64,000 nucleotides of DNA, from contig JALVYU010000026.1 in the NCBI GenBank assembly GCA_027022365.1, positions 512,001 to 576,000 of the forward strand, written 5' to 3'. The position numbers were made by a program, and so were the translations under genes. This DNA comes from Desulfurococcales archaeon. GTDB lineage: Archaea > Thermoproteota > Thermoprotei_A > Sulfolobales > Desulfurococcaceae. The notes beneath the pieces were generated by a model. That model saw only the letters and a program-made list of their open reading frames with translations. It ran no database searches and was not told the origin of the DNA. Below, one piece after another: positions 38,259 to 49,014 of the stretch. The first letter of the stretch is position 1; each line of letters begins with the position of its first letter.

Positions 38259-40097
38259 TTATTCCACTGTAACAGTTTTCGCTAGATTTCTCGGCTTATC
38301 GGGATCATATCCTTTATTTACTGCAATATAGTAGCTTAATAGTTGCATAAACGGTGTATGTGTAAATGGAACAAGCAATTTATCCGCGGTAGATGTCTCT
38401 ATTCTTATATCCAGTTTACATCCACTACATGTACTCGCGGACAATACACCGATCGTCAGGGCCCCCCGGCTCTTCATCTCCTCAATGTTCCCCATAAGGA
38501 GACCGATAAGCCTAGGATCATTGGGTATAATAAAGATAACAGGAAATCCCTCCTCAACCAGAGCTATCGGGCCATGCTTAGACTCCCCGGCAGGATACGC
38601 CTCGGCATGTATATACCCTATTTCTTTCACTTTGAGAGCCCCCTCCATAGCCACAGGAACACCTATTCCTCTGCTCAGAACATAGATTGAATGAGCACCA
38701 CTGATCTTCTCAGCCAGTCTCTCTGCTACAGGCTTCGACTTCTCTATTGCCTGGCGCGTTAGTCCCGGTGTTTTCTCCGCTTCTCCTAATAGTTTGGAGG
38801 CTTCTGCCCGGGTTATCTTGCCTGTTGCGAGGGCGTGGTGGACTGATAGCCAGTATAGGGCTAGTGCTTGTGATGTGAAGGTCTTCGTCGCGGCCACGCC
38901 TATCTCGGGCCCTGCCCTCGTGTATATTGTTACGTCGCTTTCCCGGGGTATGCTGCTCTCGATGATATTTGATACAGCGATCACTCTGGCTCCCTGCTTC
39001 TTTGCTTCTCTGACGGCGTTGAGTGTGTCCATTGTCTCGCCGCTCTGGCTCACGGCGATGACTGCGTCTCCCTCGTTGATCGTCTTTGTATAGAGCTCGT
39101 ACTCGCTGGCGATGAATGGATGTACTAGTGTACCGGAGAGTATACTTGTTAGGAGAGCGTAGTAGAGGCCTGCGTGATAGCTTGTCCCGGCGGCTGTAAC
39201 GTAGATCTTCTCCGCGTCGAGCAGTATGTCTACGGCTTTCTCTACTGCTCTATCCTTCCTGATCCCCGCCAATGTGTTGTGGAGCGCTACCGGCTGCTCC
39301 ATGATCTCTTTGAGCATGTAGTGGGGATAACCCGATTTCGTTGCATCCTCAACGCTCCACTCGACGACAACGATATATTTTCTCCAATCAACTGGTTCCC
39401 CATGCCCATTGTATAGCTTGATCTCTCTGGGCGATATGTAGCCGTGCCACCCATCTCTAAGAACGATTATCCGGCGTGTAAGCTCTATCAAAGCAGCTAT
39501 ATCGCTGGCGACCGCGTTGAAGCCGTCGCCGAGACCTATTACGAGGGGGTTCTTGTTCTTTGCATAGAAGATCCTGTCCGGCTCGTGCACGCTTATCATT
39601 GCAAAAGCATAGCTTCCACGCACAGCATCGATAGCCTTCTTGAATGCATCCATAACATCCCCCGACTCGAGGAAAAATTCCTCGACGAGATGCGGTAGCA
39701 CCTCAGTATCCGTATCACTCCTGAAAACATGTCCTTTCTCCTCCAAGAACCTGCGTAGCTCTGCATGGTTCTCGAGAATACCGTTGTGTACCACGGCGAA
39801 CCAGTTCCTACAATCGGTGTGCGGATGCGCATTGTTGTCGCTTGGTATGCCATGGGTTGCCCAGCGTGTATGCCCTATCATACAATATGATCTTATCTCT
39901 TCGAAGCCCAGCCTACGGGAGACCTCTTCAATCTTTCCCCGCGCCTTACGGACCACTATAGTGTTGCCTACAATGCCGGCTACACCGGCCGAGTCGTAGC
40001 CCCTGTACTCAAGCCGTAGGAGAGCCCTAACTATGAGGCTCGCCACGCCGCGTGGGAGGTTGTGGGGCATTGCTGTTATACCGATTATTCCGCACAA
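38259..40097 (-). CDS. glmS: Glutamine-fructose-6-phosphate transaminase
   Basis: MCGI, GHTRWATHG and PRNLAKTVTVE. Confidence 0.98.
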   Translation of the reverse strand: MCGIIGITAMPHNLPRGVASLIVRALLRLEYRGYDSAGVAGIVGNTIVVRKARGKIEEVSRRLGFEEIRSYCMIGHTRWATHGIPSDNNAHPHTDCRNWFAVVHNGILENHAELRRFLEEKGHVFRSDTDTEVLPHLVEEFFLESGDVMDAFKKAIDAVRGSYAFAMISVHEPDRIFYAKNKNPLVIGLGDGFNAVASDIAALIELTRRIIVLRDGWHGYISPREIKLYNGHGEPVDWRKYIVVVEWSVEDATKSGYPHYMLKEIMEQPVALHNTLAGIRKDRAVEKAVDILLDAEKIYVTAAGTSYHAGLYYALLTSILSGTLVHPFIASEYELYTKTINEGDAVIAVSQSGETMDTLNAVREAKKQGARVIAVSNIIESSIPRESDVTIYTRAGPEIGVAATKTFTSQALALYWLSVHHALATGKITRAEASKLLGEAEKTPGLTRQAIEKSKPVAERLAEKISGAHSIYVLSRGIGVPVAMEGALKVKEIGYIHAEAYPAGESKHGPIALVEEGFPVIFIIPNDPRLIGLLMGNIEEMKSRGALTIGVLSASTCSGCKLDIRIETSTADKLLVPFTHTPFMQLLSYYIAVNKGYDPDKPRNLAKTVTVE

Positions 40098-40212
40098 AAT
40101 AGTGCACCATTGGGAGCGCTGTGTGGATTCTTATTGTCTCCTTCATATGGATGTCAAGAGGGGTAGAAATTTATATCTCCTACCTATATCGTTTTTCCAT
40201 GGGGTGGATTAC

Positions 40213-41241
40213 ATGAATAAAGGTATAATTATTGTTGCAATCCTGGTCATAGTGTCCATAATTATAGGTTACTATTACTACGCGATAAACACGGTTCAGC
40301 AGGGAAAAACAATAACAATATTCTGTGCTGGAAGCCTCACAATACCATTAGAGAAACTCGCCAAAACATATACGCAGCAAACAAAGGTCAACGTACAGAT
40401 AGTGCCCAGCGGGAGCTTAATGGTTATTAGAAAAGTAGCAGAGCTGCACGAAAACCCCGACATAGTAGCCGTTGCAGATTACAGGCTAATAAAATACTAT
40501 CTATACCCCAACTACACTAAATGGTACATAGCGTTCGCGTCAAACCAAGTAGTACTCGTCTTCACAAAGCACTCCAAGTACGCGGAGGAACTAGAGAAGA
40601 ACCCCTCCAAATGGTACGAGGTACTCGCAAGGCCAGGCGTTAAATGGGGGTTCTCCAACCCCAACGACGACCCATGCGGCTACAGGGCCGTGGGGATCAT
40701 AGGTCTAGCTACGCTCTACTACCACAACAAGACAATAATCGACACGCTCATCGTCAAAAACACGAACATAAGGTACAAGATAAGCAACGATAAGATCGAG
40801 ATATATGTTCCGGAGAACCTGACCGTCCGTAACAACCTGGTGATAAGGCCTAAGAGTGTAGACCTAATAAGTCTGCTAGAATCGGGACAGCTAGACTATG
40901 CGTTCGAATACAAGAGCGTCGCTGTCCAGCACAACCTCAGCTATATCGAGCTGCCACCACAGCTCAACCTCGGTGACTCGTCCCAGGCAAGCTTCTACGC
41001 TAAATCAATAGTTTACGTAATGGCTGGCACGAGCCAGGAAAAACCAATAGTGATGGCCCCGATCCTCTATGGTGTAACCATACTCGATAACGCGAAGCAT
41101 TACCAAGAAGCACTAAAATACGTAGAAATGCTACTAGGGAGCACAGGTAGAGAAATATTCAGCCGGTGCGGCCAGAAGATATTGGATCACCCACTAGTCT
41201 ACGGAAACCCGCCAGAGGAGATAAAGCGTATTGCTGGCTAG
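40213..41241 (+). CDS. wtpA: Tungstate/molybdate ABC transporter substrate-binding protein
   Basis: AGSL, DPCGYR and DYAFEYKSVA; start re-chosen. Confidence 0.9.
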   Translation: MNKGIIIVAILVIVSIIIGYYYYAINTVQQGKTITIFCAGSLTIPLEKLAKTYTQQTKVNVQIVPSGSLMVIRKVAELHENPDIVAVADYRLIKYYLYPNYTKWYIAFASNQVVLVFTKHSKYAEELEKNPSKWYEVLARPGVKWGFSNPNDDPCGYRAVGIIGLATLYYHNKTIIDTLIVKNTNIRYKISNDKIEIYVPENLTVRNNLVIRPKSVDLISLLESGQLDYAFEYKSVAVQHNLSYIELPPQLNLGDSSQASFYAKSIVYVMAGTSQEKPIVMAPILYGVTILDNAKHYQEALKYVEMLLGSTGREIFSRCGQKILDHPLVYGNPPEEIKRIAG

Positions 41242-41998
41242 CATCGAGAAAACACTACTGGTGTTTGCGGGAGTACTAACAATAGCTCTTTTCATCATAG
41301 TCGCCCCCATCCTGTCTCTATACATCATAGTCCCCCCACAGGAATACGCGGTGTTTTTCGGTTCGAACGCACAGATATTCGTGGTGGCCCGCAAAGCACT
41401 AATGACAAGCATAACGGCGGCCACAGCCGCAACACTATCTCTCCTAGCACTAGGCATACCGAGCGCCTACGTATTGGCACGTGCAGAGTTCCCCGGCAAA
41501 AGAGTGATCGAAGCCATAATCGACATACCATTACTCATACCCCACATAGTCGTCGGCATAATCCTCCTCCTAACATTTGGTCCACGAGGACCCATAAACC
41601 TCCACATAATGGACACGTTCAACGGCGTAGTCCTAGCAATGATGTATGTAAGCCTGCCGATAATGTTCGACACACTCAAAATAGGCTTCAAAACAATTGA
41701 TGAAGAACTAGAACTGGTGGCGAGAAGCCTGGGCGCATCCAAGATAAAAGCGTTCACAACCATAACATTGCCACTCATAAAACGCAACATATTGGCGGGA
41801 AGCCTCTTAACATGGGCCAGGGCAATGAGCGAGGTAGGCTCGATCCTAATAATCGCCTACTACCCAAAGACAATAAACATAGTAATACTCGAGGCGTTCC
41901 AGACATACGGGCTAAAGTATGCGGCCATACTCTCAGCTGTCCTTATAACAATCTCCTTAACAGTATTTATAGCTCTAAGAATGGTGTATAGAGAATGA
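41231..41998 (+). CDS. wtpB: Tungstate ABC transporter permease
   Basis: EAA-like loop, WARAMSE. Confidence 0.9.
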   Translation: MLASIEKTLLVFAGVLTIALFIIVAPILSLYIIVPPQEYAVFFGSNAQIFVVARKALMTSITAATAATLSLLALGIPSAYVLARAEFPGKRVIEAIIDIPLLIPHIVVGIILLLTFGPRGPINLHIMDTFNGVVLAMMYVSLPIMFDTLKIGFKTIDEELELVARSLGASKIKAFTTITLPLIKRNILAGSLLTWARAMSEVGSILIIAYYPKTINIVILEAFQTYGLKYAAILSAVLITISLTVFIALRMVYRE

Positions 41999-42726
41999 TC
42001 AAAATAGAGAACCTTCATGTAATTCTCGGCGGCTTCAAGCTAGAAATACCACGGCTAGAAGTCAGAAGCGGGGAATACATGGTCATCATGGGGCCCAGTG
42101 GAGTTGGAAAAACAGTACTACTACATACTATCGCAGGCTTCATTCGCCCGGCCAAGGGAAGAATAGTGATCGATGGGCGTGACGTCACCCGTGAACCGCC
42201 AGAGAAAAGAGGAGCGGTCCTCGTACCCCAGAACTATGCGTTGTGGCCTCATCTAAGCGTCTACGACAATATAGCCTATGGGCTAAGGCTCAGAGGGATA
42301 AGCGAGAAAGAGATAATGTCAAGAATAGAGAAAATCTCCGAGATACTCGGGATAAAGCATCTCCTTAAGCGAAAACCAGCGACGCTAAGCGGTGGAGAAA
42401 AACAACGGGTTGCCCTGGCGAGAGCCCTGATAGTGAATCCCAGGATACTCCTTCTCGATGAACCCCTCTCAAGCCTAGACCCTGGGATCAGGTGGAGGTC
42501 TATGGAGTTCCTGAAAAAGCTACATAAAACACTTTCTTTCACCACAATACATGTGACACACGACATAATAGAAACCATGTACCTTGGCGAGAAAATAGGG
42601 TATATGAGGGAAGGGGTACTCATAGGAGTATATGAACCCGGAGAATTCTTAAATACTGAGTACGCAAAGCCCTACATTGAGATCATATCAAAAATACTCG
42701 GAAAGAAGGCGTACGGTCATGTCTAG
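41995..42726 (+). CDS. wtpC: Tungstate ABC transporter ATPase
   Basis: GPSGVGKT, LSGGE and LLLDEP. Confidence 0.9.
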   Translation: MIKIENLHVILGGFKLEIPRLEVRSGEYMVIMGPSGVGKTVLLHTIAGFIRPAKGRIVIDGRDVTREPPEKRGAVLVPQNYALWPHLSVYDNIAYGLRLRGISEKEIMSRIEKISEILGIKHLLKRKPATLSGGEKQRVALARALIVNPRILLLDEPLSSLDPGIRWRSMEFLKKLHKTLSFTTIHVTHDIIETMYLGEKIGYMREGVLIGVYEPGEFLNTEYAKPYIEIISKILGKKAYGHV

Positions 42727-43402
42727 TGGAAAGATAGTCATAAAGATAACTGGAAAATTCTTCGACAACTTCGACCCAGCACTAGCGGCGAAGCTTATAT
42801 CGGTTATAAAGCAGGTCTCGGAAGAATATAGAGTCGCCGTGGTCGCAGGCGGCGGTAACCTAGCCCGCCAATATATAAGCAGAGCAGAAAACATAGGAGT
42901 CAACAACTATTATGCGCTTGACATGATAGGAATAGCTGTATCAAGACTCAACGCCCTCCTAATAGCAGAAGCACTATATCCTCTAGCACCGGAGGCAATA
43001 CCCAGAACTCCCTGGGAAACACGAGAGAAACTAGAAACACATAGAGTAGTGGTTCTTGGGGGATACATACCCGGACAATCAACGGCAGCCGTAGCCGTTG
43101 AAACGGCTGAAGCCATAGGCTCGAATAAAGTAATCGATCTATCAGCAATAGATATGGTGTACGATAAAGACCCGCAAAAACATCCAGACGCTAAGCCATT
43201 GTCCAGGGTGAAAGCAACAGAGCTCCTAAACCTTATGGAGCAGAGGATATTGCCGGGCCACTATCAGCTCCTAGATAGACATGCAATTGATATCATGATT
43301 AGAAGCAAGATAACAGTCTACATAACACACTACGGTAATCCCGAACACGTTCTCGAGATAGTCCAGGGCAGAAACCCGGGAACAATGATTATTCCTGATT
43401 AG
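42719..43402 (+). CDS. pyrH: UMP kinase
   Basis: VAGGGN, PGQST and VYDKDP. Confidence 0.93.
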   Translation: MSSGKIVIKITGKFFDNFDPALAAKLISVIKQVSEEYRVAVVAGGGNLARQYISRAENIGVNNYYALDMIGIAVSRLNALLIAEALYPLAPEAIPRTPWETREKLETHRVVVLGGYIPGQSTAAVAVETAEAIGSNKVIDLSAIDMVYDKDPQKHPDAKPLSRVKATELLNLMEQRILPGHYQLLDRHAIDIMIRSKITVYITHYGNPEHVLEIVQGRNPGTMIIPD

Positions 43403-44099
43403 AGATCTTATTGAGTACTCTGCGGAACCAATACGTTAACATACGTGTGTCGTACCTTGTAGGTCGGGTCCTCCTAAGTACTCTTGCCATAACCATGTAA
43501 ACTCTCCGCCTCTTCTCCTCATCACCTATAACACGTTCAGTTATCTCCCCAATGATCCTCTCGAGCAATAATAGTTCATCCGGAGAAGCCTGCGGCGGGA
43601 CGTTAGTAGCTTGCATACTACGGATCTTCCAGAGCTCCCACAAAAAGATAGCTACGGACTGGCTCAGATTAAGCACGGGGTACTCTGGATTAGCCGGGAT
43701 AGTCACGAGGTAGTCTGCTTGTTTGAGTTCCTCCCTCGTTAACCCTGTGCTTTCACGGCCAAAGATGAGTGCGAGAGACTCTACAGGTTTCTCCCTAAGT
43801 ATTTCTATAAACGTCATAATGTCTATAGCCTGCCTTAATGCGTCGCCCCTACTATACCCCTTAGCCGTAGTTGCAACACTTAGATCAACCCCTTCTAATG
43901 CTTTGCCGAGATCATCAATTATCACTGCACGCCGCAGGAAATCCTTTGCTTTGGCGCTATATATGAGGGCTTCATCGAGATCGGCTCGTGGATTAACAAG
44001 AAATAGTTCGTCAACGCTAAAATTGACGCAAGTACGGGCTATAAATCCGAGATTTACAGGCCCTTCAACCCCTACTAATACAACCCTGATCCTCAACAA
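43389..44099 (-). CDS. trmJ: tRNA C32/U32 2'-O-methyltransferase
   Basis: NLGFIAR, FGRESTGL and YPVLNLS. Confidence 0.9.
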   Translation of the reverse strand: MLRIRVVLVGVEGPVNLGFIARTCVNFSVDELFLVNPRADLDEALIYSAKAKDFLRRAVIIDDLGKALEGVDLSVATTAKGYSRGDALRQAIDIMTFIEILREKPVESLALIFGRESTGLTREELKQADYLVTIPANPEYPVLNLSQSVAIFLWELWKIRSMQATNVPPQASPDELLLLERIIGEITERVIGDEEKRRRVYMVMARVLRRTRPTRYDTRMLTYWFRRVLNKISNQE

Positions 44100-44700
44100 G
44101 CACCGCCTCTACAGCGAAAATATCCTCGAAAAACACATGTTTCCGTAACTCTCTAATTATCTTAAATCCGTTCCTTGCAATAAGCTCGGCTACCTCTTTT
44201 CTACCTGTAAGAGAAGAATAGACAAAAAACATGCGACCCCCATATTTAAGAACACTGCTTGCATCAGAGATTATATCTGCTATAGTCTCATAGCCTCTCC
44301 TACCTCCAACAAGCCCCACGTCATATAGATCCCTTGGTTCGCCGGGCAGATATGGTGGATTAAAAACTATTAGGTCGGCGCATCTCTCCTTAACAGGTTT
44401 TAATGATAATGAGTTAAACACAACTCCTTTACCAAGAAGATCATTTAGTTCAAGATTATGTAGTGTATTCATACATGCTTTATCGCTGACATCAACAAAT
44501 ATAATTCGTCTGCATTTACCGCTAGCAAGCAAGTATGTTCCCAGTACACCTGTGCCAGCACATGTCTCAATACATGTATCGTGAACGCCATCATGCTTTT
44601 CTAGAAGCTCGAGGAGAAGCCAAGTATCATCGGAGGGCTCATAAACACCCCTGTATATGCTTATCTTCCCCCATCCCAGATCTAGCATGTACCTTTCCAC
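44065..44700 (-). CDS. HemK2/PrmC-type release factor glutamine methyltransferase
   Basis: VYEPSDDT and NPPY. Confidence 0.88.
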   Translation of the reverse strand: MERYMLDLGWGKISIYRGVYEPSDDTWLLLELLEKHDGVHDTCIETCAGTGVLGTYLLASGKCRRIIFVDVSDKACMNTLHNLELNDLLGKGVVFNSLSLKPVKERCADLIVFNPPYLPGEPRDLYDVGLVGGRRGYETIADIISDASSVLKYGGRMFFVYSSLTGRKEVAELIARNGFKIIRELRKHVFFEDIFAVEAVLVEDQGCISRG

Positions 44701-45512
44701 AGTCTTGCCAGCTCCTCTATTTGTCTTGGAGACAACTGGTATACCCTTGTAGCCTCCTCCACACCAACAGCATTAAGTATATTTTCATCGCATATCCCGA
44801 GTTCCTTACATATAACCTTACGGGCTTTCTTACGCCTCATAATGAATAATCTCCGGCTAACCTCCTCGATACATGGCGGTAATTCAGAAAATTTCCTTCT
44901 CCTCAAAAGCACGATCATTTGGGAAGAAACATCTGGTTTCGGGTAAAAACAAGAAGGTGGATATACCGGTCCAGGCCTCGTATCGAACACTAGTTTTACA
45001 AGAACAGTTATTCTACCATATCGGGGAGAGCCTGGCTCGGAACATAATCTTTCAACAACATCTTTTTGCAATACTAGAATGGCAACCTCAACACTATCCG
45101 ATTTCGTAGTCTTTACCAAGATATCGGAGGAAATGTGGTAAGGCGTATTTGAAACCAATGCACTTGTGTTCCACTCTAGATCCAAAGCATCGCCAATGAT
45201 CAGTATTGCAGGATCTTGGATAAACTGAGACGCTATCATCGCAAGTATGGGATCGATCTCTACATGAACGGTAGCCTTGAAACGCCGTGATAGAAAGTAT
45301 GAGAGAGTACCAAGACCAGCCCCTATTTCGAGCATTGTGGGTGGCGAGTATTGCTCTAGATGATAAAGGATATCCCGGACGAGCCCAGTACACACAACAA
45401 AATTCTGGCTGAACCTTCTACGTGGCCGAACACCATGTTCCCGGAGAACCCTAAGCGTCCATCTTAATAATCCCTTATTATGCATTGGTGGGGCCGACAA
45501 TAGATGAAACAC
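44682..45512 (-). CDS. rsmA: 16S rRNA adenine dimethyltransferase
   Basis: SQNF, EIGAGLG and SNTPYHIS. Confidence 0.92.
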   Translation of the reverse strand: MFHLLSAPPMHNKGLLRWTLRVLREHGVRPRRRFSQNFVVCTGLVRDILYHLEQYSPPTMLEIGAGLGTLSYFLSRRFKATVHVEIDPILAMIASQFIQDPAILIIGDALDLEWNTSALVSNTPYHISSDILVKTTKSDSVEVAILVLQKDVVERLCSEPGSPRYGRITVLVKLVFDTRPGPVYPPSCFYPKPDVSSQMIVLLRRRKFSELPPCIEEVSRRLFIMRRKKARKVICKELGICDENILNAVGVEEATRVYQLSPRQIEELARLWKGTC

Positions 45513-45572
45513 CGCATAAATAATGAATTGTCGAGCTCTACTCGAAAGAACATGATCAAATGGTTTGTAGGG

Positions 45573-46244
45573 TTAAAGGAGTTCTTCGTAATATAGGCGC
45601 TCCAAGTATCCAAGATATAGTGTGCTCGGTTGTTTTCTCGGTGGTTTAACGAATAGATAGTATTTCTCGTTTCCCATTAACTCACTAATTATCCGTTCGG
45701 TGAGAGTTTTAACTGGATCTACTTTTGTGCGTTCTTTAATATCTTTGAAGCTTTCAAACGGTTTTCTCTTACGCTCTTCTAGGATATGGCGCATGGTCTT
45801 TTTACCTATTCCTGGGAGCAATTCAAGTGCGTGAAGACGTATATTGACGGGTTGTGAGAGATTAAAGAACGCCACGAATAACCTCTCATTATCTATTATG
45901 ATTCTCTTAATAGCTTCGGGTAGATTTGTACGTGCCACGCTCGTTAGATCATCATATGTTATCGTGATGGGACGCCTTATCTTAGAATGTGGATCCAGCT
46001 CTACTTTTTCAAGAATATCTATCCTGACAGCGGGGAGGGGCTCCGCTTCGATGAGCGTGAAGAACTTGGTACCCACTGCTTGGACGAGGGGCTTATTCCT
46101 ATGTTCCGGATGCCTATCTGTGGGATTACCGAACTCCATGTAGTCAATTATGTATACGGCTGGCTCATCTATCCGCGCCCTACTTTCCAGTGGACCGAAT
46201 CGATGATGCCGTGCTGGCCTCCTATAAGGACGCAATCCGATCAA
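45573..46244 (-). CDS. DUF655 family HhH RNA-binding protein
   Basis: RLHALELLPGIGKK. Confidence 0.9.
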   Translation of the reverse strand: MIGLRPYRRPARHHRFGPLESRARIDEPAVYIIDYMEFGNPTDRHPEHRNKPLVQAVGTKFFTLIEAEPLPAVRIDILEKVELDPHSKIRRPITITYDDLTSVARTNLPEAIKRIIIDNERLFVAFFNLSQPVNIRLHALELLPGIGKKTMRHILEERKRKPFESFKDIKERTKVDPVKTLTERIISELMGNEKYYLFVKPPRKQPSTLYLGYLERLYYEELL

Positions 46245-46325
46245 CCCTAGAGCCTTGTCATAAAATATTGTTTATTTAAATCCCACTAATAATGTTCCTT
46301 TATCCAGGATAAAATAGGCCATCCT

Positions 46326-46703
46326 CTATTGTTCTTCCTTACAGTAGGGCTTCACGGTCTCAAGGATTTCCTGTACCTCGTCTGTCTCAAACACTTTGTC
46401 TTCCAGCTCGAGGAGTATTCTTGTCTCATCAATTGTCTGTGGACAGATGTTTATGAGCATAACTATTGTTTCGTCCTTTAAGCCATAGTTGCGTAGTTTC
46501 TTCTTAAGTGCAATAGCTACGTCAGGCTCCATCTTGGAAGATATGGAGAGATACCGCAGTGTTTTTACTAGGAGCGGTGATACGCTTCCCTCTTTTTCCT
46601 CGATAATTCCTACTATCTTTTTTAATATCTTTAATGCCTCGGGATTTGAGAGATGTTCTTCATTTAAAACCTCTACCTCTAGTTCTTGAGCCAAATATAT
46701 CAC
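46326..46703 (-). CDS. rpoF: RNA polymerase subunit Rpo4 (F)
   Basis: INICPQT motif; synteny with rpl21e. Confidence 0.88.
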   Translation of the reverse strand: MIYLAQELEVEVLNEEHLSNPEALKILKKIVGIIEEKEGSVSPLLVKTLRYLSISSKMEPDVAIALKKKLRNYGLKDETIVMLINICPQTIDETRILLELEDKVFETDEVQEILETVKPYCKEEQ

Positions 46704-46744
46704 CAGTCATAATTTCATTACGACTAAAACAATTATTTCACGAT

Positions 46745-47041
46745 TTATGGAGCTGGCCTGAGGTGTTCCGGACGGACAAATAATATTTTTCTCTTATTAC
46801 CGACATATACTTCGACTATGTAAGCCTTCCCCCTCTTCCCGATAACTGTTCCTGTCTTTCCATGGTATCTCCGGTGAGGCATACCATAGTGTATTGCCGG
46901 GTTTACTTTTATGTGTACTTTATCGCCAGGCCTATACTCATGTAAAAGCATACTCAGAGGGGGTACTGCGCCTCGTTCTCTAATATGTTTCTTGAATACT
47001 TTCCTGGTTCTGTGTCTGTATCCTCTGGGCGCCCTAACCAT
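46745..47041 (-). CDS. rpl21e: 50S ribosomal protein L21e
   Basis: GMPHRRYHGKTG. Confidence 0.97.
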   Translation of the reverse strand: MVRAPRGYRHRTRKVFKKHIRERGAVPPLSMLLHEYRPGDKVHIKVNPAIHYGMPHRRYHGKTGTVIGKRGKAYIVEVYVGNKRKILFVRPEHLRPAP

Positions 47042-47135
47042 TGATGCTACACCTTTGTCTTTTCTCGGATTTAATTCACTGGATAGGATGGATTATATAG
47101 GTGTCTAAATAAGGATTTCTGATACTATGTTTTTG

Positions 47136-48467
47136 TCATTCTTGCTCTACGACAAGTACATCAAGTTCAAGAGGATATGCCTGTACACCTAAGACTTCAG
47201 AAATACTAGGAGTTGTTCTGCCTTGATCTCCGTGTACAAGTTCCTTCACATATAGTCCGCCATCGCAGTATATGAGGGCTTCAAACATATTATCAACTAG
47301 TTGTCTTGTTTTCACGAAATATACTTTTCTTCTACGCAGGTGCTCCTTTTTCCTACGAAGTATTCTGAGGGGAGTTAGTTGTCTTATCTCTCTATTGGTA
47401 AAATACTTCTCGATCTCGTCGAGTTGCTGTCTATTAACAGGATTCTCCGTCATGATCAGTACTTTGTAGAGTTTTTTCTTCTTAGAAGCTTCTCCCTTCA
47501 AATACGCTATTCTTGACCTCGATGATTCGCCATGGATTACTGCCTCGATGAGTGTTCCTTTGAGTAGATCGTTCACTAAATCTAAATCAACATACCTAAA
47601 CCGGGGATTCTTTATCTCTATGACTAGAGGCCTGCCTGTTCCCAGCATTCTCGCGTCAACATCTTCTCTACCACTTGCATGAATAACAACTTCTTCAGCG
47701 TCAAAGATTTCTTTTAGCCTGTCATTGAAGAATTCTTGAAGGCTGTATGGATATAGCTTTACGCCCTCGCGCGTCGTCCATATAGTATGCGATATGTTCC
47801 GCCCACGCTTCCAGTATTTTCCCTCAAAAAGCAATGGATTGATCTCGAGTCTTAGACCCAGTGTTTCATAGTCTATTACAACTACTGCTTCGGGTTTATC
47901 GAAATCGGGCTCTAGGCCATAAAACTTCATTATTCTTTTCCCGACTTCCCTCTTGATCTCATTCTTTATAGATTCCGAGTACTCGAGGCCGCTGAAGCTG
48001 GACACTTCTATTTCACGCAAAACGATTTCTTGGGGTATGCTTACACCGACGAGGAATCTGTAAACATTAACTTTTTTGAGGAGGGCAGCAGCTTTCCCCG
48101 CTAGTTCATCGTAGAGCTTCTCGCTGATTTTCCCACCACATATATAGCATGGTGCCTCAGCTATTTTTTCGCCATAGAGTTTTTCATAGAGCGAGCTTAT
48201 GGGTTTGCCTGAATTGATTGCAAGACTTCGTAGATATTCCTTGTCTATCTTGCCACTCCGATAATCGTCGTATAGCTTCATGTTAAGAAATACCTTTATA
48301 GCATGGCCTCGCTCCTTGTTCGTCATCTCTATTCCTTTCTTAGCGAACTGTCTTCCGAGACAATGATCGCATAGTGGGTACCGCTCAAGTATTTTCTGAG
48401 CCGTTAATACGATATCGTAGAGGCTCTCTCCACTCAATTTTTCCTCTCCTCCTAACCCAGCTACCAT
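47136..48467 (-). CDS. pus10: tRNA pseudouridine(54/55) synthase
   Basis: SGREDVDARMLG and GLYVKELVHGD. Confidence 0.95.
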   Translation of the reverse strand: MVAGLGGEEKLSGESLYDIVLTAQKILERYPLCDHCLGRQFAKKGIEMTNKERGHAIKVFLNMKLYDDYRSGKIDKEYLRSLAINSGKPISSLYEKLYGEKIAEAPCYICGGKISEKLYDELAGKAAALLKKVNVYRFLVGVSIPQEIVLREIEVSSFSGLEYSESIKNEIKREVGKRIMKFYGLEPDFDKPEAVVVIDYETLGLRLEINPLLFEGKYWKRGRNISHTIWTTREGVKLYPYSLQEFFNDRLKEIFDAEEVVIHASGREDVDARMLGTGRPLVIEIKNPRFRYVDLDLVNDLLKGTLIEAVIHGESSRSRIAYLKGEASKKKKLYKVLIMTENPVNRQQLDEIEKYFTNREIRQLTPLRILRRKKEHLRRRKVYFVKTRQLVDNMFEALIYCDGGLYVKELVHGDQGRTTPSISEVLGVQAYPLELDVLVVEQE

Positions 48468-49014
48468 AAGCTAGGTCTAGAATATAATTTGAAGCTATTG
48501 TGAAATACAGTTGATTAGCGGATGCCGGTAATCTAAAGACGAATGAATTTTCGAACCTGGTGGGAGTATCTAATGTATTGATAACTATTGTTTTAACTAT
48601 TGTTTGTGGAGGTATTGAACCTAGTCTTGTGAGCTGGATACCACTATGCATATTTGCAGTCCTCAGGGTTTTTGGCACTATTAAGAGCTCGGCTCCACCT
48701 ATAAATCCAGCTATTATGTCGGACGGTAGAAGATGTACTCCGGGATATAGCTTGTTTTTACATAGAATAGATTCAAGGAAACGAGTTAGGCTCTTGTCTT
48801 GTGGATGGAAGTGTCTAAGACGATATCCATTAAGGAGTATTGACATGGGCGTCGAGTACAGTATTACAAGGGTATCTATTCTGATGCCGTAGCTTACGGT
48901 TAATGCGTAGAGTGCGAGGATTTTTAACCTGTTGATTTCTTTGCATGGATCACGTGTTTCGAACACAAATATTCTTTTGGGAGAATATGGTGTTAAGATC
49001 TTGGATAGTGTCAA
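48385..49014 (-). CDS. Divergent TrmY-like SPOUT protein
   Basis: SYGIRIDT and LRHFHPQDKSL echo TrmY motifs; adjacent to pus10. Confidence 0.5.
   Translation of the reverse strand: MTLSKILTPYSPKRIFVFETRDPCKEINRLKILALYALTVSYGIRIDTLVILYSTPMSILLNGYRLRHFHPQDKSLTRFLESILCKNKLYPGVHLLPSDIIAGFIGGAELLIVPKTLRTANMHSGIQLTRLGSIPPQTIVKTIVINTLDTPTRFENSFVFRLPASANQLYFTIASNYILDLAYGSWVRRRGKIEWREPLRYRINGSENT

Noticed and set aside
33800-40100. Higher-GC segment as a horizontally acquired island
   Set aside because: Contains ordinary core genes (mscS, tmcA, glmS) with no mobility genes or boundary repeats
40033-40212. Long N-terminal extension of WtpA overlapping glmS
   Set aside because: The signal anchor begins at ATG 40213 after a GGTGG RBS; the upstream part is the divergent promoter
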